The notes under the pieces are model-generated. The model searched no databases. It had not been told where the DNA came from and worked only from the letters and a program-made list of their open reading frames with translations. Of a stretch of 25,446 bases of DNA, positions 1-7,732 are shown piece after piece. Each line of letters opens with the position of its first letter. Position 1 is the stretch's first letter. Location: the NCBI GenBank assembly GCA_013154145.1, contig JAADDC010000063.1, positions 1 through 25,446 of the forward strand. The letters run 5' to 3'. The position numbers and the translations under genes are program-made. The DNA comes from Candidatus Iainarchaeum sp. GTDB lineage: Archaea > Iainarchaeota > Iainarchaeia > JAADDC01.

Positions 1-210
1 GTCCGAGTTGTTAACGAGGATGACGCGCCACGTAAAGGGCGTCGTGAGGCTTGCCTGGACGACCCTCGGCGGAGGAGCGGTCTTTGGCGGCATCAGGTCC
101 TCTTCGTAGGAGTAGAGGAGTTCCTGAGTGCTGGTGTAGACCAGCAGACCGAGACCCATGACGATGAGTGTCAGGAGCAGTACCGAGAGGATCTCGCTGA
201 CGCCCCGCAC
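1..210 (-). CDS. Type IV pilin/archaellin-like protein with class III signal peptide (truncated by window edge)
   Basis: Not in ORF track. Manual translation from GTG at 210: MRG/VSEILSVLLLTLIVMGLGLLVYTSTQELLYSYEEDLMPPKTAPPPRVVQASLTTPFTWRVILVNNSD, open to position 1. It has a basic residue + Gly cleavage site followed by a hydrophobic helix, and a TATA-like TTTAAG 27 nt upstream. Confidence 0.75.
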   Translation of the reverse strand, partial: MRGVSEILSVLLLTLIVMGLGLLVYTSTQELLYSYEEDLMPPKTAPPPRVVQASLTTPFTWRVILVNNSD

Positions 211-231
211 GGTAAGTAAATACCTTTATCG

Positions 232-237
232 CTTAAA
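232..237 (-). promoter_or_regulatory. Putative TATA box (TTTAAG) for the pilin-like gene, overlapping the stop codon of the ASCH gene
   Basis: Reverse strand reads aaaTTTAAGcg; first T is 27 nt before GTG 210; no Shine-Dalgarno (SD) motif in between. Confidence 0.5.
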
Positions 238-781
238 TTTGTTGTAGCAGCTCGTAGGCCCGGCGGACTATGGCCCTCACCTTGCCACGTTTATTCAAGC
301 CCCCCAGCTCCATGGCCACCTTCCTTATGCTCCCGGTCTCCACGAGGCGTTGCAGTATCTTTCTCGCCTCCGGATCGTCGGCGAAGAGATTTTTCTCCAG
401 GGCGAGGCGGGCGATCTCCCGGGGGGATAGCTTCCCGTAGAAGCGCCGCTCCACCTCGAAGGGCTCGGGGAAAACCTCCTCCACCTCGAAGTGGACCACG
501 TAGAGGGGGACGTCCTTCTTTCCGTAGATGCGGTCCAGCTCCCTCTTGAGTTCCTCGTAGTCCATGCCCTCCAGCCGGGCGTGTTCCTCCCCTATCTCGC
601 TCTTTCTTAGCTTCTCTATCTTTGTCACCCGGCCGATGGCCCAGACCTTGCCCCCCGAGTGTATGAAGAAGCGGTCGCCCTCCCTCAGGCGGGTCCGCCT
701 CCTTATGGTGATGCGCTTCCTCCCGGAAAGCACCAGGGGCAGGTACTTCTCCTTGAGCATCAGGTACCTCCGGACCTCCAC
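233..781 (-). CDS. ASCH-domain protein, YqfB-like (N4-acetylcytidine amidohydrolase-like), with C-terminal helical/HTH-like extension
   Basis: LSGRKRITIR (GxKxxTxR ASCH motif), EEHARLEGM, ELDRIYG and LYVVHF match the recalled E. coli YqfB pattern (ILAGRKTITIR...KHAEQENM...IADIYPG...FYVIEF). The ORF extends to TTG 799; GTG 781 is preferred from TATA spacing, and ATG 760 is possible. Confidence 0.8.
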   Translation of the reverse strand: MEVRRYLMLKEKYLPLVLSGRKRITIRRRTRLREGDRFFIHSGGKVWAIGRVTKIEKLRKSEIGEEHARLEGMDYEELKRELDRIYGKKDVPLYVVHFEVEEVFPEPFEVERRFYGKLSPREIARLALEKNLFADDPEARKILQRLVETGSIRKVAMELGGLNKRGKVRAIVRRAYELLQQI

Positions 782-802
782 GGGAAACTCTATCCTCAAG
801 GG

Positions 803-811
803 CTTTATAAC
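803..811. promoter_or_regulatory. Putative bidirectional TATA box (TTTATAA / TTATAAAG)
   Basis: Only AT-rich element between the divergent genes; 27 nt before GTG 831 (+) and 29 nt before GTG 781 (-). Confidence 0.55.
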
Positions 812-830
812 CTTCTTCCTTTCTCATTCC

Positions 831-2300
831 GTGAAGCTCAGGGTAAGGGTTCTTGACCTGGACGCCGAGAAGTACGTGGCGGTTCTCAACGAGAGGACGG
901 CCAAGCGTATCGGTGAAGGACCGGACGGAAGGGTGGAGATCGTAAAGGACGGAAAGAAGGTCGTGGCCATACTGAACACCGCCAAGCGATCGGTGAAGGA
1001 AGACGAGGTTGGCGTGCTCCTGGACGTGGCCGAAGTCTTGAACCTGAAGGACGGCGACGTGGTGGAGGTCTTCCCTGAGGAGCCCCCCAGAAGCATAGAG
1101 GCCATAAGGAAGAAGATCTTCGGTGAGAAGCTCAGCAAGGAGGAGATCGAAGCCATAATAGGCGACGTGGTGGAGGGGGCCCTGTTCCCCGCGGAGGCCT
1201 CCGCCTTCATCGTGGCGGCCCAGATCAACGGCCTCGACGAGGACGAGACCGTTTACCTCACGGAGGCCATAGCAAATTCGGGGCAGCGAATAGACTTTGA
1301 CGGCGTGGTTGTGGACAAGCACAGCATAGGAGGGGTCCCGGGCAACCGCATCACCTTCTTCTTTGTTCCAATAATGGCTTCCCTCGGCTTCAAGGTTCCC
1401 AAGACCTCCTCACGGGCCATAACGTCGCCGTCGGGGACGGCGGACACCATGGAGGTGGTGGCGAGGGTTGATCTCAGTGCCGAGGAGATCAAGGAGATCG
1501 TCGAGAGGGTGGGGGGCGTCATCGCCTGGGGAGGAGGGGCCAACATCGCCTCCGCCGACGACAGGCTCATACAGATACGCCGCCCCCTGCGATTAGATCC
1601 TCTCGGGATGGTCCTCGCCTCCGTGATGGCCAAGAAGTTGGCGGTCTCGTCCAAGTACGTGGTCCTTGATCTGCCTGTCGGTCCCGAGGCCAAGCTCAGG
1701 TCCTTCTCCGAGGCCCGGGACTGGGAAAGGAGGTTCAAGGAGCTGGGGGAGCGGCTGGGCATCAAGGTCATAGGCTTCGTCTCCAACGGCATACAGCCCA
1801 TCGGCAGGGGCATAGGACCAGCCTTAGAGATGAGGGACGTTCTGATGACCTACACCGGAGAGGGATCGAAGGATCTACTGGAAAAGGGCGTGGAGATAAC
1901 GGCGAGGCTGCTCTCCGTCCTGAAGAAGGTTCCCATCAGCAGGGCCAGGAAGATGGCTATGGACGAAGTCAGGAGCGGGAGGGCCGAGGCAAAGCTCAGG
2001 GAGATCATAGAGGCCCAGGGAGGGGATCCGGAAGTACGACCGGAGGACATAGAGGTGGGGAGGTATCAGGAGGAGGTGATCTCTCCCGCCGACGGGAAGG
2101 TCAGCTACATTTCCATCCAGAGGATCGCGGCCATAGCCCGCTACGCCGGGGCCCCCGTGGACAAGGGGGCCGGCATATGGATGAACGTGAAGATCGGAGA
2201 TAGGGTGAAGAGGGGTGACGTGCTCTTTACCCTATTCTCCTCTTCCAAGCGGAAGCTGAAAGCCGCCCTGGAAGTGGAGAACCCCGTGAGGGTGCAGTGA
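831..2300 (+). CDS. deoA: AMP phosphorylase (archaeal NMP phosphorylase, thymidine phosphorylase family)
   Basis: N-terminal beta-barrel extension (MKLRVRVLDLDAEKYVAVLN), DKHSIGGVPGN, KTSSRAITSPSGTADTMEV, DPLGMVLASVMAKK, GAPVDKGAGI. Start placed at GTG 831; the track's 564 start overlaps the ASCH gene. Confidence 0.93.
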   Translation: MKLRVRVLDLDAEKYVAVLNERTAKRIGEGPDGRVEIVKDGKKVVAILNTAKRSVKEDEVGVLLDVAEVLNLKDGDVVEVFPEEPPRSIEAIRKKIFGEKLSKEEIEAIIGDVVEGALFPAEASAFIVAAQINGLDEDETVYLTEAIANSGQRIDFDGVVVDKHSIGGVPGNRITFFFVPIMASLGFKVPKTSSRAITSPSGTADTMEVVARVDLSAEEIKEIVERVGGVIAWGGGANIASADDRLIQIRRPLRLDPLGMVLASVMAKKLAVSSKYVVLDLPVGPEAKLRSFSEARDWERRFKELGERLGIKVIGFVSNGIQPIGRGIGPALEMRDVLMTYTGEGSKDLLEKGVEITARLLSVLKKVPISRARKMAMDEVRSGRAEAKLREIIEAQGGDPEVRPEDIEVGRYQEEVISPADGKVSYISIQRIAAIARYAGAPVDKGAGIWMNVKIGDRVKRGDVLFTLFSSSKRKLKAALEVENPVRVQ

Positions 2301-2308
2301 TTTTTATA
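2301..2308 (+). promoter_or_regulatory. Putative TATA box (TTTTTATA) directly after the deoA stop; could also act as a T-rich terminator
   Basis: TTTTTATA begins 27 nt before GTG 2328. Confidence 0.45.
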
Positions 2309-2327
2309 GGGGAGGGCTTATTATTAC

Positions 2328-2915
2328 GTGGCCCTGCTGATTTCCTCCCCCCAGGAGTTGAGGAAGGTCGTGGACGAGGAGATCGCCCCGGAGCTCTACG
2401 AGTACGTCCGGATGGGCGGCATACTGAGGGTGGAGGGAAGGGGAGAAGAGCTGAGGGTCATCTACCCCAGCAGGGAAATGATAAGGAAGCGGTTGAACGA
2501 GCTGAAGGAAAGGGAGAAGACCATCATCGCCGAGATGTCCAAGCTCAGGAGATTGGAGAAGAGGGGGAGCCCCCTGGACTTACTGAGAATAAAGCACCGG
2601 ATACTTCTCTTGGTGGACAAGGACTACAGGGAGCTGGCGGAGCTGGTGGACGCCGAGAGGCTTTTGAGTGATAAGAGGGGGAGGAAGATTGTGGAGGAGC
2701 TCCAGAGGAGCAAAGAATACCGGGAACGGATCCGGGAAACCCTCAGGGAGAGCCCCGTTTATAGGAATCGCCGCTTCGGGGAATTCGTGGAGAAGGTGGA
2801 GGAAGTAAAAGGTAAGTTGCTGGGTGAGAGGTACAGGAAGCTTGAGGAGTCGCTGGAGAGGGTCAGGAAGGAGATGGAGGTTCTCCGGAGGCTGCAGAGG
2901 TGGGTGAAGGGGTAG
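2328..2915 (+). CDS. Hypothetical highly charged coiled-coil protein (195 aa)
   Basis: E/K/R-rich helical sequence with codon style like its neighbours; TATA upstream; its TAG overlaps the GTG of hel308 (TAGTG). Confidence 0.7.
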   Translation: MALLISSPQELRKVVDEEIAPELYEYVRMGGILRVEGRGEELRVIYPSREMIRKRLNELKEREKTIIAEMSKLRRLEKRGSPLDLLRIKHRILLLVDKDYRELAELVDAERLLSDKRGRKIVEELQRSKEYRERIRETLRESPVYRNRRFGEFVEKVEEVKGKLLGERYRKLEESLERVRKEMEVLRRLQRWVKG

Positions 2916-5065
2916 TGGACCCGGCGAGGCTCGTTCTCGAGAGGAATCGCTACGAGGACTTCAACCCGGTTCAGAAGGAAGCTTTGAAGGCTGGTGTCAC
3001 CGAGGGCGTCAACCTCGTTGTGGCGTCCCCCACCGCCTCGGGCAAGACCACCATAGCGGAGCTGGCCATGGTTGCCTCGATCCTCCGGGGGAAGAAGGCC
3101 GTCTACACCTCCCCCCTCAGGGCCCTGGCCGCCGAGCACTACAGGGAGTTCGCCCGGAAGTACCCAGAGTTCAGGGTGGCCCTCTCCATAGGCGACTACG
3201 ACTCCAAGGACGCACACCTCAAGCACTATGACGCCATCTTCACCACCTACGAGAAGCTGGACTCGCTCATAAGACACAGGGCGCCATGGCTGCCGGACGT
3301 GGGAGTACTTGTCGTCGACGAGGTGCACAGCATCGACTCGGACAGGGGGCCCACCCTGGAAGTGTTGCTCACCCGCATGAAGTCCTTTGATATCCAAATA
3401 GTGGCCCTCTCGGCCACCATCCCCAACGCCGAGGAGATAGCCGGCTGGCTGAGGGCAAAGCTCGTGGTCTCCAACTGGCGGCCCGTGGAGCTCGTAGAAG
3501 GTGTCTACTACGATGGCGTCGTGAGGTTCAACAACGGCGAAGAGCTCCGTTTCTCCAGCGAAGAGGAAATCATAGAAGACGCCCTAAAGAGGGGGAAGGG
3601 CGTGCTCATCTTCGCCCCCACGAGGCGCTCTGCCATGGCCACCGCCAGAAAACTCAGGGAGATAACCAAGAAGTACGTGAGGGGGAGAACTCCCCTGAGG
3701 AGCCTCGCGGAGAGGGTGCTGAACGCCCTGGAATCCCCCACGGCACAGTGTAAAGAGCTGGCCGAGGACATACTCCACGGCGTTGCCTTCCACCACGCGG
3801 GTCTCGTCCAGAAGCAGAGGGAGGTGGTGGAGGAGGGCTTCAGAAGCGGAAAGATAAAGGTGGTGGTGGCCACGCCCACGCTGGCCGCCGGCGTCAACCT
3901 GCCGGCCTTCCGGGTCATCATCACTTCGTTGAGGAGGAGCGAGGGCTTTTACAGCAGGGAGATCCCCGTGAGGGAGTACAAGCAGATGGCGGGGAGGGCC
4001 GGCCGGCCCCGGTACGACGAGAGGGGCGAGGCCATCATCATAGCCCGCACGCCCAAGGACGCCGAGCACTACTTTGAGAAGTACGTGATGGGGGAGCCCG
4101 AAGAAGTTTATTCCCGCCTGTCCTCCTACAGGGCCATACGGTTCCACACGCTGGGGCTCATAGCGGACCGAACTGTGAGAAATCGCGACGCCCTCCTGGA
4201 CTTCTTCGCCAGCAGCTTCTTCTTCTATCAAAGCAAGGACGTGGACAGGCTCGAGGAGCTCCTCTCGTCGGCGGTCCTCGAGCTGGAGCTCTGGGAGATG
4301 ATCAAGGACTTCGAGCCCACGAGGCTGGGGAGCCGCGTGGCCTCCCTCTACATTGATCCCGAGACGGGGAGGATGTTCTACGATTTCTCCCGGAGGCCAA
4401 AGCTCGGCGAAGTGCCCGTGCTCTTCCTCATTGCCTCCTCCGTGGAGCTTTATCCGTACCTGCCGGTGTCGAGGAAGGAGGAGATGGAACTCCTGATGAT
4501 GGCCGAGGAGATGAAGGAGGAGCTCCCCGTGGACTTCGAGGAGGCCCTCAACGACATACACTTCCTCAACAGGTTCAAGCTGGCACTTTTACTATCCAAG
4601 TGGGTGAACGAGGCGGACGAGGACGAGATACTGAAGGAGTTCGGGGTCTCGCCGGGGCAGCTGAGGGGTATCATTTCCATTGCCGAGTGGCTGGCCCACT
4701 CCCTGGGGGAGATCGCCAAGGTGGCGGGCAGCGGAGCCGTCTCCGTGTACGCCAAGAAGATGGAGGCGCGGATACGGCACGGCGTCAAGGAAGAGCTGCT
4801 CCCGCTGGTAGAATTGAAGGGCATTGGGAGAAAGAGGGCCCGAAAGCTCTTCAACGCTGGCTTCACTTCCCCGGAGAAGATAAAGAGGGCCGACCCCGTG
4901 GAGCTGGCCAAACTCCTGGGACCCAAGGTAGCCCTTAATATTCTCAAGCAACTTAAGGTTAAGGTGGGGGACGAGGTGAAGGAGAGGATAAGGAAGGTGT
5001 CCCCCGCCGAGCAGACGACCCTGGAGGTGTTCATGGGTGGAGCCCCTGGAGATACTGAGGAGTGA
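2915..5065 (+). CDS. hel308: Hel308/Hjm (Ski2-like SF2) DNA helicase
   Basis: Q motif FNPVQ, Walker A SPTASGKT, PLRALA, DEVH, LSAT, HHAGL, TPTLAAGVNLPA, QMAGRAGRP, C-terminal HhH (LKGIGRKRARKLF). Start at GTG 2915 after GGTGAAGGGG. Confidence 0.95.
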   Translation: MDPARLVLERNRYEDFNPVQKEALKAGVTEGVNLVVASPTASGKTTIAELAMVASILRGKKAVYTSPLRALAAEHYREFARKYPEFRVALSIGDYDSKDAHLKHYDAIFTTYEKLDSLIRHRAPWLPDVGVLVVDEVHSIDSDRGPTLEVLLTRMKSFDIQIVALSATIPNAEEIAGWLRAKLVVSNWRPVELVEGVYYDGVVRFNNGEELRFSSEEEIIEDALKRGKGVLIFAPTRRSAMATARKLREITKKYVRGRTPLRSLAERVLNALESPTAQCKELAEDILHGVAFHHAGLVQKQREVVEEGFRSGKIKVVVATPTLAAGVNLPAFRVIITSLRRSEGFYSREIPVREYKQMAGRAGRPRYDERGEAIIIARTPKDAEHYFEKYVMGEPEEVYSRLSSYRAIRFHTLGLIADRTVRNRDALLDFFASSFFFYQSKDVDRLEELLSSAVLELELWEMIKDFEPTRLGSRVASLYIDPETGRMFYDFSRRPKLGEVPVLFLIASSVELYPYLPVSRKEEMELLMMAEEMKEELPVDFEEALNDIHFLNRFKLALLLSKWVNEADEDEILKEFGVSPGQLRGIISIAEWLAHSLGEIAKVAGSGAVSVYAKKMEARIRHGVKEELLPLVELKGIGRKRARKLFNAGFTSPEKIKRADPVELAKLLGPKVALNILKQLKVKVGDEVKERIRKVSPAEQTTLEVFMGGAPGDTEE

Positions 5066-7160
5066 CGAGGAGAGGAGGGCCATCATAGGCAGGAAGAAGA
5101 GCCTGTTCAGGAAGAATGGCTTCAAGACGGCTTTATATATCGGAAAGATCGAGGAGGAGGGCCCCCTCTACGGCTACGACCTCTACATGGATGCGCTGCT
5201 TCCCCACGTGGTCTTCGTGGCCGGTGCCCGCGGCAGCGGAAAGAGCTACACGCTGGGCGTCATAGCCGAGGAACTGGCCGAGAAGAACCCCTATGTGGGC
5301 GTCCTCATCATCGATCCCATCGGCATCTTCTGGTCCATGAAGCTGCCGAACAGGCAGGAGGAGGAGATCGAGAAGCTGGCCGAGTGGGGCCTGACGCCAA
5401 AGGGATACGACAACGTGGAGGTCTACGTGCCCAAGGGCATGGCAGACCGCATACCGCCCGAAACCTACGACAAGGTCTTCTCCCTGAAGCCCTCCATGCT
5501 CACCACCGACGACTGGGTGTTGACCTTCGGATTGGATCGATTTTCCCCGGCGGGACTGCTCCTGGACAAGGTCCTGGAGATCGTAAGGGAAAAAAGGGGA
5601 GACGACTACGGCCTTGAGGATATCATAGAAGTTTTGGAAAACGAGGAGGAGCTACTGGACAAGGAGAAGGGCTTCAAGAAGGAGACCGTGAGGGCCCTGC
5701 TCTCCCGCTTCTACGCCGCCCGCAACTGGGGCATCTTCGACAGGGAGGGAACGCCCCTCTCGGAGATCATCCAGAAGGGGAAGGTGAGCATACTGGACAT
5801 CTCCTTCCTGGAGGAGAGTGTGGGGGCCCTGGTCATCGGCATCATGGCCCGGAGGATACTCCAGGCCCGGAAGCTCATCACCCGCTCCGTGGCGGCGGAG
5901 CTCCTGAAGCTCTCGGAGAGGGAGAAGCGGGAGGTGGACATCCCGCCCACCTGGCTCATCATCGACGAGGCCCACACCCTCATCCCGGCGGGATCCCGGA
6001 AGACCGCCGCCACGGACCCCCTCATTGAGTACGTGAAGCAGGGCAGGAGGCCCGGCTGCTCCCTGGTCTTTGCCACGCAACAACCCTCTGCCATAGACAG
6101 CAGGGTCCTCTCCCAGCTGGACATACTCATCGTCCACAAGCTGGTCTTCGGCGAGGACGTGAAGGCCGTGGAGAAGAGGATGCCCACGATACTGCCCAAG
6201 GAGTACAGCGGCGTGAGGATGAGGAGGTTGCCCGTAGGCGTGGCCATCATAGGAGACAGGGAGGACTCCACTTCCCGGGCCTTCCTGGCGCGGATACGTC
6301 CCCGGAGGAGCCAGCACGAGGGCCGGGAAGTGGCCGTTGACGAGAAGGTTAGCGTGGAGGTCCCCGAAGAAGGGGAGGAGGTGGAAGAGGTGAAGAAGGA
6401 AAGGAAGGAGGAGAAGCTGAGGCGTTCCTTCGTGGTGAACGTCACGGAGGACAGGGCCAGGAAGATCATGGCCAGTCACGGCAGCTCCTTCTTGAGGAGG
6501 ATACTGGGGGGCGGAGGCAACGTAGTAGATCTAAAATTGAAGTTCGTTCCCGTCTGGGAGGTGACCTTCGCCTACTACAATGCCCCCAGGGGATCCAGCA
6601 AGCGGGTGGCCTACATCGACGGCTACGAGGGGGAGTTCATCCACTACAAGGACGGGAAGATCGTCTTCTCCAAGGGGCTGAAGTACCTCTACAAGCTCTC
6701 CCGGAACCAGAGGAAGTTGCTCCTTTTCCTGAAGACCCACCCGGGCTCCACGCTCTCCGAGATCGTGGCCCGGGCCAAGGTGCCCGCCGCGGTGGTAGAA
6801 AAGGAGCTGGAGCTCCTGAAGCAGGCAGGGCTGGTCAAGGAGGAAGACGGCCGCTACTACACGCCCCTGGAGATCGAGCTACCCCTCTCCCCCGAGCACT
6901 CCCTCATACCCTCCATGAAGGAACTGCTGGTGACCGAGACGAGGATAGAGGACGAGGAGATACTGCCCTACAACTTCAAGGAGGACCGGGTGGCCGAGAT
7001 ACTGCGCTCCATATGGCCCGGCGTAGTCCCCCGGGAGGTGGAGCCCATCTACAGGCCCGTCTGGGTGGGGATAGTCCTCAGGGGAGGGAAGAAGTACAAG
7101 GTCATCGTGGACGCCATCAGCGGCGTGGTGGAAAAGGAGATCCCACTGGTGGAAGCATGA
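5037..7160 (+). CDS. HerA/FtsK-superfamily (DUF87/COG0433-type) ATPase lacking a HAS barrel, with C-terminal PepSY-like - winged HTH - PepSY-like region
   Basis: Walker A GARGSGKS, IIDPIG, Walker B IIDEAH, arginine-finger region QGRRPG, ATQQPS. The C-terminal ~250 aa has two PVW...D(G/A)xxG repeats flanking LSRNQRKLL...TLSEIV...VEKELELLKQAGLV. SD GGAGGTG at 5023-5029. Confidence 0.85.
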   Translation: MEPLEILRSDEERRAIIGRKKSLFRKNGFKTALYIGKIEEEGPLYGYDLYMDALLPHVVFVAGARGSGKSYTLGVIAEELAEKNPYVGVLIIDPIGIFWSMKLPNRQEEEIEKLAEWGLTPKGYDNVEVYVPKGMADRIPPETYDKVFSLKPSMLTTDDWVLTFGLDRFSPAGLLLDKVLEIVREKRGDDYGLEDIIEVLENEEELLDKEKGFKKETVRALLSRFYAARNWGIFDREGTPLSEIIQKGKVSILDISFLEESVGALVIGIMARRILQARKLITRSVAAELLKLSEREKREVDIPPTWLIIDEAHTLIPAGSRKTAATDPLIEYVKQGRRPGCSLVFATQQPSAIDSRVLSQLDILIVHKLVFGEDVKAVEKRMPTILPKEYSGVRMRRLPVGVAIIGDREDSTSRAFLARIRPRRSQHEGREVAVDEKVSVEVPEEGEEVEEVKKERKEEKLRRSFVVNVTEDRARKIMASHGSSFLRRILGGGGNVVDLKLKFVPVWEVTFAYYNAPRGSSKRVAYIDGYEGEFIHYKDGKIVFSKGLKYLYKLSRNQRKLLLFLKTHPGSTLSEIVARAKVPAAVVEKELELLKQAGLVKEEDGRYYTPLEIELPLSPEHSLIPSMKELLVTETRIEDEEILPYNFKEDRVAEILRSIWPGVVPREVEPIYRPVWVGIVLRGGKKYKVIVDAISGVVEKEIPLVEA

Positions 7161-7732
7161 GGGAGTTCAACTACGTGGAGTTACTGCCCCGCCGGGGAGT
7201 GATAGCCGTCCTGGGCAAGGACGTGGAAGAAAAAATAATGAGGGCCGCTGCCTACGCCCGCGAGGAAGGCAAGAAGTTAAAGGTCGTTCCCCTGAACCCG
7301 AGGCAGGCAGAGCTCGCCCAGAGGCTGAACATCCCCACCGTCCACGGCTACCCGGACTACTTCTACGTGCTGCTGGACTTCGAGCCCATGGAGAACCTCT
7401 TCACCGTGGGCAACTGCGACTGTCCCATGCTCCTGAGGCTCTACGAGATGGGGGCCGAGAAGACGGTGGTGCTGCTGAGGAGAAAGTACCACACGGTCTC
7501 CGTGGAGTACAGCACGTACCTCTCTCATCTCATCGAGCCCATTATTTCCCTCTACGGGGAGATCGTGGCCCGCAGGGAAAACCCCTTTGGCCATAGGGTG
7601 GTGGACATCGTCCCCATCGAGGAAGATCCGGAAGAATTGAGGAGGTTGCTCAAGGAGGTTCCCGGGGTCGTGGAGGTGGGGATACTGCCCATAATCCCCT
7701 ACCGCAAGATCGTCCTCAAAAGCTCCCGGTGA
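7157..7732 (+). CDS. Ribose-5-phosphate isomerase A-fold protein with degenerate active site
   Basis: KVVPLNPRQAELAQRLNIP and FGHRVVD...DPEELRRLLKEVPGVVEVGI align with RpiA (VPTS.QA..LA...IP; DNGNFIID...DP.....L..IPGV.E.G). The GTGST, DGADE and KGxG motifs are absent. ATGA overlap with the ATPase stop; the track's 7013 start is spurious. Confidence 0.7.
   Translation: MREFNYVELLPRRGVIAVLGKDVEEKIMRAAAYAREEGKKLKVVPLNPRQAELAQRLNIPTVHGYPDYFYVLLDFEPMENLFTVGNCDCPMLLRLYEMGAEKTVVLLRRKYHTVSVEYSTYLSHLIEPIISLYGEIVARRENPFGHRVVDIVPIEEDPEELRRLLKEVPGVVEVGILPIIPYRKIVLKSSR

Noticed and set aside
564-830. N-terminal extension of AMP phosphorylase in the ORF track
   Set aside because: Overlaps the ASCH gene antisense; family homology and the TATA box both point to GTG 831.
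6361-6420. Purine-rich GAG/AAG run as a DNA repeat
   Set aside because: Simply encodes the E/K-rich linker of the ATPase; no exact periodic unit.
7157-7732. Ribose-1,5-bisphosphate isomerase completing the AMP phosphorylase pathway
   Set aside because: Sequence follows RpiA, not the eIF2B-like R15P isomerase; it lacks the N-terminal helical domain and the catalytic Cys/Asp motifs, and is too short.
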